Origin: Geosiphon pyriformis uo1
Lineage: Eukaryota > Fungi > Glomeromycota
Reading direction: 5' to 3'
DNA length: 64,000 bases
NCBI GenBank assembly: GCA_016748015.1
Contig: JAAOMT010000591.1
Location: 199,532-263,531 of the forward strand
The notes below the pieces were generated by a model that saw only the letters and a list, made by a program, of their open reading frames with translations, did no database searches and had not been told where the DNA came from. Positions 25,101 through 37,478 of this stretch are shown here, one piece after another (positions within the stretch are counted from its first letter, which is position 1; each line of letters starts with the position of its first letter). The translations under genes and the position numbers were made by a program.

Positions 25101-28100
25101 GATATATGATATATTGTATTAATACACAATTCTTATTAATAACTGGGTAAGCAGAAAAATATTATTTAATGTTGTATAAAATTAAGCACTTTTATGTTTA
25201 AATAAATATTTACACAATAAAGATAAAATCTGGCAAATAATAAGTATTAAAGTTGAAGGCATTTTACCCAGTGAAATACTTGTCATTAAAAATAATCCAC
25301 TAGAACCTATTAAAACTGTTTTTATCTTAAATTCAGACAGCTTTTTTAACATTTTGAGTAATTTAAAACAATTCCATAAACACTACCAAGATTTAACATT
25401 CACTCAAAAAAAGCAAAAACAGTATTTAGAACAATTAAATACTAGATTCTGTAAATATTGTCTAATTCCTAGTGACTTCAAATATTGTGACAATTGTGAC
25501 TTTATTTACAATCTACTATTACACATAATCTATTCAATTTTTAAAAAAAAAACCAATCAGTAAATATGTATTAAAATCAAAATCAAAATTTAATTGTAAT
25601 TCAGACTCTGATAATAATAACAATAATGGTTCCAATTCTATCTACAATGGCAATAACAACAATTTCAATCTTAATTCCAACTCCAAACAATATATTATGC
25701 TCCCAAATCTTTTACAAAAGCAGAAACTTAAATAATTTAGTAATAATAATAAGAGTATTATGTCAGAATGTGCACATAATACTAATATAGGATTTGATTT
25801 TAGATATTTAAGAAAAACTGCTATTAGATTAGAACCTTATTTATGCACTAACATAGATTTAAAATTAGCACTAAAAATTTTGGCAATAACAATAATCCAA
25901 TTAGCTTTTAGATCTAGTTTAGTAAAAAAAATATTAATATTAAAGAAGAAATAATTGATGCAAAATATGTAGAAAATATTATTGTAATACTATAAAACAA
26001 TTCAAAAAAAAAATACACAATTAAACCAAATAAAAAAATAGTACAGACAATATACTTGTCTTTGGTTAAAATAAATCAATTAGTATTAATAGGAATGAAG
26101 AAAAATTTAGAGATTACAGCAAAAAAAATACATAAATTCAGATCTACAAGTAGAATAAAAATACCAGTTAATATGATGAAAAAAAAATTATTAATAAGAG
26201 AGAAATTATCTCTACTAATTAATCTATTTTTATTTTACTATATAACCAGTATATGTTAATTATAGAAAAAAAAATAAAGAATCAACCCTAAATTTTTGAA
26301 GCAAAATCAAATATTTATGAGTCAGAAAAAATTGGCATTACCAATTTTTACATATTAGCCAAGAATTATAAATATATTAAGATCCTAATACATAATACAA
26401 CTAAAAATTCTATAGAATTACCAAATGAAATTATTATTAGATACTTAAGCATTGAAATTAAAAATCAACTACCAACAATTATTCTAGATTTTCTACAATT
26501 TTCTAGATATGTGAATATTATATTACAAATAATTTACAAATGAGAAAAGTGTTATTTATTACAATTAAAACAGTTAGAATAAATAAACTTAAGAAATTTA
26601 GATTTACTTTAACATATACAACTTAAAATACTATTTAACAATTTTACTAATATTTTTATTAGTAAAAATGAATTTGACAGAACTAATATTATTTAGCATC
26701 AAATTAAAACTAGAGATATGATGTTAATTAAATAAAAAAAATACAAAATACTATTTGCCAGCTATAAAATTATTCAACAAGAAATTAACCAAATATTAAA
26801 CAACAGATTAATTCAATTATTAATAAGTTTATGATCTTTATCAGTAGTATTTGTTCCAAAAAAATTGGAAAAATCTGCTTTTGTGTAGACTATTGAAAAC
26901 TTAACAGTATTATTTATAAAGACAGCTATTTAACTCCATAAATCCAAAAATTATTCGATGTTTTTGGAAAAAAGAAATAATTTTTAATATTAAACTTAGA
27001 TAGTAATTCCTAGCAAGTAACTATAAATCTAACTGACAAAAAAAAGACAGTATTCATTACCAGAAAAAAAATTTTTGAATTTGATATTATGTTATTTAGT
27101 TTAACTAATGTTTTAGCCACTTTTTAATAGCTTATGGAAATTGTTTACACTAGATTGCTATGAAAATCTATAATAGTTTACTTAGATAATACCAATGTGT
27201 TTTTTAAAACATTTAACAACCATTTTCACCATTTTTAGCAAGTGTTTGAAAAATTAAAAAGAGTCAAACTAAAATTAAATGCTATTAAATGCTTTTTTGA
27301 GAAAACCAAACTCAAGTTTTTAGAATATGTTATGAGCAAAAACAGCATCAAAACAGATCCAGATAAAATCAAAATATTTAAAAACTTTTTAGTATTAATA
27401 AATCTTACAGAATTAAAAGCATTTTTGGAATTTACTAAATACTATTGCTGTTTTATTTAAAATTTTTCCAAACTGACTCAACTATTTTACCAGCTCTAAA
27501 CAAAAAATGTTAAATATAAATAGACTGAAATTCAACAAAAAGTTTTTAATATTTTAAGAAAAAAGTTTATTTAAGCTTTAGTATTGATCTATTCAGATCA
27601 TAGTAAGCTATTTGAAAAGAACTATAGAACTCCAGCATTAGAATATTTAGTTATTTATTGGACTGTTATTAAATAAAAAAAATACTTGAATTAAAAGTTT
27701 GATATATACACTAATTACAAAAAATTGACATTAATTCAGAAACAAAAATTTGAAAACAATTACCATATAAGATAAAAAATAAAACTATCACTATTTAATT
27801 ATATTATACATTATAAAAAAAGAAAAAAAAACAGAAATGCTAATGGCTTATCATAAATGAGACAAATCTAAAAACATTTTAACTCAAAAATATAACAAAA
27901 AATAAATACACAAAAATATTAACAACTCTAACATTATATTAATACTCAATAGTTCAAAAAAAAATTATCTCAAAACAACAAAACAACATAAAACAACAAT
28001 TAAAATACTTTATTACTTACTAAAATATCCTATATTAAAAAAACAGAAAATATTCAAACCAGCTATTCAGAATAATTACAGAATTAGAAAAAGAAACAAT

Positions 28101-28921
28101 ACTATTTAACATGCATTCAGATCTAATAGCAGAACATTTTCATAAAAAAGCAACTATGAAAAGAACCAAAAAAATACTACTGGTTATCTATATCTCTAAA
28201 CATTATTTAATATATTCAAAATTGTGATACTTGTCAAAAAAAAGAAAAAACAAAACCCAGTAAATTATTAAGACTATTAAAGTGAAACAACTATTTAATT
28301 AAATTGGAATTGACTTAATTAAACTATTAATTATAACCAATAGAAGCAATTAATATATAACAGTAATCATAAACTATTTTACAAAATGGCCAAAAACAAA
28401 AGCAATTCAAAAAGCAGATGCAGAATTTGTTACCAAATTTGTACACTAATATTTAATTTGTTAACATAGATGTCTAAAAAAATTGTTATCAAACCAAGAA
28501 ACTCATTTTGTAAACAAAACATTAACAGAATTAAATTAAAGATTTGGAATTAAGAAACTATTATTATTATCATATTATTCACAAACAAATGGCTTAGTCA
28601 AAAAGTTCAACAGAATATTGTGTAAAATAATAGCCAAAATTCAAGAAAACCAAGAACAAATAAAATTTATTTATATTATTAGTAATATTTGTTTATTGAA
28701 CAATAAAGCAAAATACTATATAAGCAACAATATTTAAACTAGTTTATGATAAAACAGCAATATTACAAATTGAAATAAATATTAATATATATTTAATAGA
28801 GCCAAAAACATTGTTAAAAAAAACATATGACTTAATAAAAACTTTAGAAAACAAAAGACAAAAAGCAGCTGATAATATACAAAAGTTATAAGCAAAACAA
28901 AAAAAATAACATGATACCTAA

Positions 28922-29726
28922 TGTTATGAGAGAGTTTTTTTGGTATATTTTAATTGTTGATATCTCGTTTTAATTGCAATCAGTCTCTCATGAGTTTTTT
29001 AATTTTATGTGTTGGATATTAATAATAATATACTGAAAGTTTTCTCTTAATGTTGTAATATAAGTCTTTTCTTTAATTTTAGTTGTCTTTGTATGTTGTG
29101 TACTCTTTTTCAGAAACTAATCTGAAATCTATCTGCTGTCTGAGGTCTTCTCTGAAACTATCTTTGCAATTGCCTGATGTGTTTCTCTAATCTAAAAACA
29201 TAGAATATTAATGGCCTTTTCACAATTTTTCTAAGTATATAATAAAGTTTTTTCAATTTAATTAGTAATTACATAAATAATTTTAATCAGAGATTATTCT
29301 TCCAAAGGATTCAAAAATAGAATGATAGTTTCATTCACTAAAGAGTGTATATAAATTCTATTATTAATCTTGTAATTGTAATGTTCATTTAATTTATTAT
29401 TTTTATTAATTCTTTTTGAATAAAATTTTATTTAGATATTTGTTGTTTCGAATTGAAGCTGTTTTTTTTTATCATTAAAAACTATTGTATATATATATAA
29501 TTATTGTTTTACAAAATAACATCTTGTAATACTCTATTTCTGTTATTTCTAAATAGTGCTTGCTGCTATTGTAAAATAATGCTTGCTGCTTTTCCACAAT
29601 AGTACTTGCTGCTATTGTAAAATAGTGCTTGTTGTTATTTGTAAATCATTTTTTTTTATAAATTATTACTGTGCTATTTCATGATTGGCTAATTTATAAT
29701 TCTTATTAAATTCTTGAACTGTAATA
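28922..29726 (-). repeat. Solo LTR, family C, inserted in the E4 integrase
   Basis: TGTTA...TGTAATA ends; host frame resumes after it; degenerate TSD CTAA/CCAG; TATA, CCAAT and GTGCTTGCTGCTATT repeats; homologous to 31858-32702 and 39480-39853. Confidence 0.8.
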
Positions 29727-30723
29727 CCAGTTACTAAATAAACCAGTCAAATTTAAGATTGAAAACAAAATACTCTTATATTATACTAAAATAAAAAACC
29801 AATAAAGTGGAAAATTTGACCCCAAATAAAACAGACCATTTTACATTAAAGAAATTTTAAGAAATAAAACTTATGAATTAAAATAGAACAACAAAATTTT
29901 AGCTAAAACAATACATAGAAATTAACTGAAATTATATTATAATATAGCATTATTATTTATTAGTAATATTTTACAATTGAGAATACAATAAATACTAATT
30001 CAACCAAATAAAATTCCATGAAATTTGAAACCAATCATAATTATTAACATGAACATGTCAACTTAATTTATTAAAACAGAATATAAAGAACTAATATACA
30101 CAACAAAGACAACTAAAAAATGAAAATTACAGACAATATCCACTTTTTAGTCCAACAATTATTTTAATTTATCAAACATCAAAAATTAAGCATAAAAATT
30201 ACCAAAACTTCAATAAAAAATACACATAAGACTGAAAAACATAGTAGATACTATAATAACAAAAATAAAGTTGTCAATAAAAACACTAAAGACAATAATA
30301 TTATATAGAAAATTAATGAAAAAAAAAATTGAAAACAATAAATACAACAATTTCCAAAAAACTTTTGCTATTATCACTTGGAACAAAAACTCTATATTTA
30401 GAACTTATATAGATAAAACAAGGTAAATATTTAATACAACAATATTACAACAAATAAAACAATTTATAGAAAAGAACAATCTACCTACATAAACATAAAC
30501 AATATACAAATTACAAGCAAAATTTTAAAACTGTCTGGAAATACTGTTATACTTAATTATAAATACAATAATCATTAATTAATTGGAAAAAATCACAAAT
30601 ACCCAACTCAAAAAATTACAGACCAAAATTGTTCAAGTAATCTTTAAAAAAAAATTATAGAGCTAATTCAAAAAGAAGATTTAGGAGATCTTAATAAAAC
30701 TTAATATTAAAAGGAAAAAATAA

Positions 30724-31527
30724 TGTTACTTATAGAAATTAGGAATTATAATAGTAGATAAAATAGCCAATTAAAAATAGACATAATAAAAAGAGAAATT
30801 CCAAGATTCTTCTTAGAAAATTCCAGAATTTCTGTCAAAAGAATTAAAAAATTTCAAAAAATCTTGTATAACATAAATTATGTATATATAATAAAAGTAT
30901 TAAAAGCAAGAAATTTAAACAAAACAGTAGCTAACAATAACTACTTATCTTATACCTCTCTTTTTAAAAGATAGTTTTTTATAACTTAAAGTGAAATCAC
31001 ATTAATATCAATAAAAATATCATCTAATTCATGTTATTATCACTTAATTAAAAATATTAATTACTTTTTCTACTATTAACAACTCATATTAATAAATTTT
31101 AATACTTAATTACACTAAAACAATAGCTCTTAATTATGACTATTAATGAAATACTAATTTTTTATTTTTTATTTTTATTTTTATTTATTTAATTTATTTT
31201 ATTTTTTTGTTGTTTATTAATTAATTAAAAAAAATTAAGCACTAAGTATTTGTCATTAAAAATAGTCTGATAAAAGACCCAGAAACAAAGGTAAAAAACT
31301 TAAAAATAGCTTATTAGAAAGGCACAACTGTCAAAATAAACTTGTCATTATGCTGAAAAAAAAATTTACAAAAAAAACTATTAATTGAATCTCTGTTCAT
31401 TATATATAAGACTTAACCAAAATTTTTAGACTTCAAAATCTTCAAAAATCACCAATATTCTCAACTATTAAGCACTAAGTTATGGATTTGTTATTTGTTC
31501 TAATATCCTAAATAGTTACTTATAATA
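30724..31527 (+). repeat. E4 3' LTR
   Basis: PPT AAAAGGAAAAAATAA then TGTTACT; homologous to 3190-4130. Confidence 0.88.
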
Positions 31528-33510
31528 CTACCAGTTTCTTTTAACAAAATATTTAGATTATAAGCAGTTGTTCTTATAAGGAAAATAAATAAAACCACTC
31601 TAAATAAATTCTTTGACATTTAAGTATTATAATTACTTATAGCTTTGGCTATATATACAGAATTTTTCTCAATTAAAAATGACTACTTTAATACCAATTA
31701 ATTAATTTGATTTGATTCAATAAATTCTATTACAGCTTTTTATTACAGTCCAATTAATTATAATCAGATTAATACTATTTAACCAAACTCAAAAAAAGTT
31801 ACAACAATCATTTTTTTTGGTATATCTATGAAAATTTTTTTGATAACTACAGTCTAATGTTATAAAATAGTTTTTTTAATATATTTTAATTGCCAATATC
31901 TTATTTTAATTACAATTAGTCTCTTGTAAGTTTTTCAATTCTATTTATATAATAATATTAATATTAATATTTATATTAAAGACTTTTTCTTAATGTTATA
32001 ATGTAAGTTATTTTTTAATTTTAATTGTTGTATATATTTATGTACTTTTTTTTAAAGACTGAACTAAAATTTATCTATTGTCTGAAATCTTCTTTGAGGT
32101 AATTTTTGCAATTGTCTAATGTGTTTTTCTAATTTAAAAACACAAAATATTAATAATCTTTAGCACTTTTTTTAATTTTTATAATAAAGCTTTTATCAAT
32201 TAATAACAATATAAATAATCTTGATTAGAAATTATTTTTTTAAGAAATTTAACTAATAAATAATACTTTTATTTAATAAATAATACAAATAAGTTTTTTA
32301 ATACTTTGAGTTGTGATAATTTAGTTTTTAATATTTTTTTCATTTTTTTTGATTAAAAGTTTTTATGGATATTTATTTTAAAAGTAAAGACTAAAAAATA
32401 AAGTAAAATTGTTTAATAAATTGTTTTTTTATGATTTGTTTTATGACTTGTTGTTTTTTTTAATATTAAAGCTATTATATATACATGTTTGTAATTCTAC
32501 AAGAAAACATATTGTAATGTTTTTTTTTCTGCTATTACCAATTGGGATTGGTCACTATTACAAACTGATACTTGTTATTATTGTAAGATGGTACTTGTCA
32601 CAATATTAATTATTATCTTTCTAGGATTATTATTGTGCTATATTATAATTAGATAATTTATATTATTTTATAATTTTTTTGTTAAATTCTTAAATTATAA
32701 TAGTAATCTGATCTAATTTCTTGTTTTTTAATATTATTGTTTATAATAATTACTTTTTTCTAAGTCAATAATACAGCTTTATTCATGTTTTTCTTTAATA
32801 TAAATGTAAATTTAATAATTTTTTCAAAATTTGAAAGAATAGTGGCTTCTTTAAAACCATTAATTATTGAAAAAAATTCTAATTGTCTGAATTTTGGCTT
32901 TTGCCAATTTGTTTTTTACTGCTAATAGATTGATATTCAAGACAAAAAAATTTTTAATAATTACTTCTATCTGAATTTTAATGATCTTAGAATTAATTCA
33001 TCTCTTGTCTAAAAATATATTGAGAAAAGTTAAATGAAGTTTTATTTTTTCTTTTATATTAAAGTTAAAAAAACCAAGAAAGACATTATGAATTATATTA
33101 ATACTAATCTTATTGGCTTTGAAAATAGTTATTGTCAAGTTTAAAAAAGACTTACTATTAATATCTTTTATAATAAAATTATTCTCATTATTATTAGATC
33201 TATTGTCCAAATCTGAATATATACTATTAAGACTTGACTTGACTAATAATATGTTTTTTTATTACTTGAGTATTTAATATTACCAAGAACAATCTTTTTT
33301 TTTTAAGAAAAAAACCACCAACTGGATCATAAAAAACCTCTTTGGGCATTTTTTTTAGACATGTTACTGCTTGAAGCAGCTTTTAAGTTTACAATAAAAG
33401 GGTTATTAAATTAAGAAATATTGACAATAAACAAGAAAAATAAAAAAACTTCTTTATCAAAATTATGCTTTTTGGGGAATTTGGGATGTAGGAGAAAAAG
33501 AAGTTTTGAT
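31528..33510 (-). mobile_element. Very decayed LINE L-1 (5' UTR and ORF1 N-terminal part)
   Basis: Aligns by eye to 51361-52480, including the 5'-end motif GGAATTTGGGAT...AGAAAAA. Confidence 0.75.
31858..32702 (-). repeat. Solo LTR, family C, inserted in LINE L-1 ORF1
   Basis: Homologous to 28922-29726; LINE sequence resumes after 32702; degenerate TSD CTAA/GTAA. Confidence 0.75.
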
Positions 33511-33714
33511 GGTTTTTTTTAAACCCAATTGATTTTATATTCAAAATATTTAATAAATTAATTAAAACTAATTTACTTTACAAATATAAATAAATAAATT
33601 TAAATTTAAATTTAACCATTAAAAATTCTCGTTATCTGAGATCATCCTATATGCATAAATGATAATGCTCTTACAAAAAAAGATTACGCGCAAACAGCTT
33701 TGCAATTTATTGAA

Positions 33715-35909
33715 ATGCCTCGCGAACTTATAACGATTCAAACCGGCCAATGTGGCAACCAGAGTAAATGATAAATGAAATTCTTTTCAGTAAATTTTGG
33801 TCCATTCTTAGCTGCATGCTCTTTTACAGTCGGAATGGAGTTTTGGGCGCAACTTTGTGCTGAGCATGGAATAAGTCAGGATGGGATACTTGAAGACTTT
33901 GCGACTGAAGGTGGTGATCGAAAGGACGTATTTTTTTATCAGGTAGGTTTCCTTGACTTCTGGTGATTTCACTCACCAAAAGACCATCCTTTCCAGCTTA
34001 TGTTACCTCTATAGGCTGATGACGAGCATTATATACCAAGGGCACTTTTACTAGATTTGGAACCTCGTGTATGTTTAATTCTTATATTCTATAATTTAAT
34101 TCTCACAGTATTTGATAGTCACACACATTCATATCTCTTACCTCTTTCCCATCCGTAGGTCATTAATAATATTTTAACGTCGAAATATGCAAATCTCTAT
34201 AATCCAGAAAATATTTATTTATCCAAAGATGGTGGTGGTGCTGGTAACATTTGGGCTTATGGGTTTTCCCAAGCCGAAAAAGTATGTGAAGACATATTTG
34301 AAATGATCGATCGCGAAGCAGATGGCAGTGATTCTTTAGAGGTATTGGAATTTCTATGGTTTTGTATTTGGCAACGTTAATTTTCATGTCATTTATTAAC
34401 GATAAAACAAACTTTTTTCAAAGGGATTCATGCTTCTTCATTCGATCGCAGGTGGAACAGGATCCGGAATGGGATCTTTCTTATTGGAGCGATTGAACGA
34501 GCGATATCCTAAGAAGTTGATTCAGACTTATTCGGTGTTTCCGAATAACGATGAGGTCTCTGATGTTGTTGTACAGCCCTACAATAGCATCCTGACATTA
34601 CGGCGATTGACTAATAATGCAGACTGTGTGGTAAGATAGTAGCCAGTATTTTCAAGGGATTATCAAGAAATTTTAATCTCATTTATAAGTTTGAATAACT
34701 CTTTGAATAGATTGTACTGGATAATGCAGCTTTGACGCGTATTGCGAGTGATAGGCTACATATCCAAAATCCCACTTTCGCTCAGACAAATCAGCTGGTA
34801 ATTCTATCAAAACGTGTCCCAACAGATCTTTTTCATTCAGCATCTTATATCATTAGTGTATCGAAAGGTTTCGACAGTCATGTCTGCGAGCACAACAACG
34901 CTCCGCTATCCTGGCTATATGAACAACGATCTTGTGGGTATGATCGCCTCATTAATTCCAACCCCAAAGTGTCATTATTTGATGACTGCCTATACCCCAT
35001 TTACGAGTGATCAAGTTGAGAAGGTGGGCAATTGAATGAGCTAGAGTTTTTCAAAGGCGTTCTTTTAATTTAGTTATTTCAAATATCTATTTAGGCCAAA
35101 TCAGTTCGCAAAACAACCGTGTTGGACGTGATGCGGAGATTATTACAACCCAAAAATAAGATGGTCTCAACCAATCCATCGAAAAAAAGTTGTTATATAT
35201 CCGTATTAAATATAATTCAGGGAGAAGCTGACCCGACGGATGTGAGCTTTTCTATTGCTCCCAATTATCTTCATGTCTTTTCCCATGATATATTCCAAAT
35301 CCGTGCTCTTTTCAGGTACACAAATCATTGCTGCGAATTCGCGAGCGACGTCTTGCACAATTTATTCCTTGGGGCCCGGCCAGCATTCAAGTAGCTTTGA
35401 CTAAAAAATCCCCATATGTTCAAACCTCTCATCGCGTTAGCGGTCTAATGTTGGCGAACCACACAAGCATTACTTCAGTGAGCCTTCATTCTTTTGATTA
35501 TTGGTATTAAAGAATCACAGACGTTATATGTCGAACATTTCCAACATTTCGCAATAGCTCTTGAAGCGAACCTGCGATCATTATGATCGTTTCAGAAAAC
35601 GCGGGGCATTTTTGGAGCAATATAAAAAAGAAGATATGTTTGCGAATAACTTGGAAGAATTCGATATTGCAAGGCATGCAACAATGCTTATGGCACATTA
35701 CTATTTGATCAAAATTACATCATTAATTAGTTTGCATAATGTTTTTAGGGAAACGGTGCAAGATTTGATTAATGAGTATGAAGCCTGTGAAAGTCCGGAT
35801 TATATTAATTACGTAAGTTACATTTCATATGCATTCTTCCTTATCACCATTTCACCAGAAACAATTGATATTTGATATTTCTCAGGGAATCCCGAAGGAT
35901 CAAAATTAA
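33715..35909 (+). CDS. TUBG1: Gamma-tubulin, 12 exons, 453 aa: 33715-33763, 33830-33942, 34015-34068, 34159-34341, 34424-34630, 34711-34797, 34868-35023, 35095-35241, 35316-35477, 35558-35673, 35749-35812, 35886-35909
   Basis: [18 protein letters not shown], gamma-specific [64 protein letters not shown]; the hand-spliced frame is open; 10 GT-AG introns and 1 GC-AG; last exon least certain. Confidence 0.97.
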
Positions 35910-36199
35910 ATGGAAGTATTTCAGAGCATAGTGTTGCTGTTAATTACGTGTTCGCTTTCTGAAAGAAAATATGCATTATATTGACCATCATTAGACTTTT
36001 ATAGTAGAACGGTTCGCCTGCAATGGCTTTGTGGTTAGATAAAATTTTCTTTAATATCAATTATTTCACAGATCATTATCAAAGTTGTTTTGCAATTAAG
36101 AAGGATGTAATCTTTATAGGTTTAGATTATTGATATTCTTAACCCATTGTTGGTGAAATTTTATCATATTAGTAATATAAATGCAAAAGTTATTATTAA

Positions 36200-37445
36200 A
36201 ACACATTCTTTTTGGTTTTTTTGGCATTGTTATTAGTTAAAATTTGAACATAAAATTATTAATATTAGTATTTTTTTATTATTTTGCTTTAACAAAGTTT
36301 AGTCTAATTATTAATAAAACATAAAATTCAAAAATTTTAAATTAGCCATAATTTATGTATTTTTTACATATAACTAGTTATTTAAACCAATTAAGATTAA
36401 ATTAAGTTGATTTTAATAAAAAAACCTATTTTAAACAGATATTTTGTGCATAATATCAACCAAAATATAATTATTACTTATTTACTTGGCAGTATTTTGT
36501 TTACTAAACCAATTAATAAATAAAAGCAGTTATAACAATATTAAAAATTTAAAATAAACAATAATATATTGTTAAATACCAGCAAATTTTAAAGTAATTT
36601 AAAAAACATTATTAAAAACACCAAAAACATTTTTAATATTAATAATATTAATGTTTTTAAACATATTATATAAAGCAATAATAGAAAAAAAAACAGACTT
36701 AAATATTATCAAAATTTGACAATTTTAAAAATAAAAAAATAAACAAAATTAGCAAACTTAACTTGAAAAACAAAATCGAATATAACTTAAAAAACAAATT
36801 TCATATAAATAAGTTTTATATTGTTTTTAAATACAAATTTTTTATTAAAAAAACCATGTATAAACTAAAAAACAATTTTAATATAAACTAATTTAATCTT
36901 AAAAATACCAAATATTAAAATAAAAACTATTTACTCAAAGAATTTTTAATAACTAAGAATAATTTTTTAAGTACTATTAGAAACAATATTACCAGAAAAC
37001 CAAAAAAATAATTAATTTTATTTCTATTTAATTAATTTAATTTTTAAAAACAAATAATTTAATAAATTAATTAAGTAAAAAAATATTTTGTTTTGTTTTT
37101 AATAAAAATTAACTAAAAATTAATATAATAAATAATACAAATCAATTAAAATTAGTTTTATAAGCATATTATTACTATTATTATTCAAAAAAAAATTATT
37201 AGTTACAACTAAATTCAATTTAAATATTATAATCAATATAATTGTAACAAAACCAATAAAATTATTAGAAAAATCAGATAAAATTAATGTTTTATTTTTT
37301 ATAAAAAAAATTAAACTTTAAAGTATAAATGGTATTTTAAAAAATATTAAAAAAAAAACATTTTTAAGCATTTCAAAAAATTGGTTGCTTTAAAAAAAAT
37401 AATAATTGTTTTTTAATTTTTTGGTTTTTTTTTGGTTAAACTAAT

Positions 37446-37478
<33 letters not shown>

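Larger units (their letters stand above)
22189..31527 (+). mobile_element. E4 (old family-A element), gag to 3' LTR; 5' end displaced by E3; internal RNase H deletion near 27612; inserted in a LINE
   Basis: Collinear inverted homology to E3/E2; dUTPase relic 25760-26150, RT ~26730-27400, IN ~27900-30070, ORF3 ~30094-30709. Confidence 0.9.

Noticed and set aside
15713-28900. Giant inverted repeat or palindrome centred near 22000
   Set aside because: Two independent related elements (E3 minus, E4 plus) nested in opposite orientation; too diverged and asymmetric for a foldback
36200-37450. Possible decayed DNA-transposon coding region, or organellar or endosymbiont insertion
   Set aside because: Too AT-degraded to assign; no motif or terminal repeat could be supported
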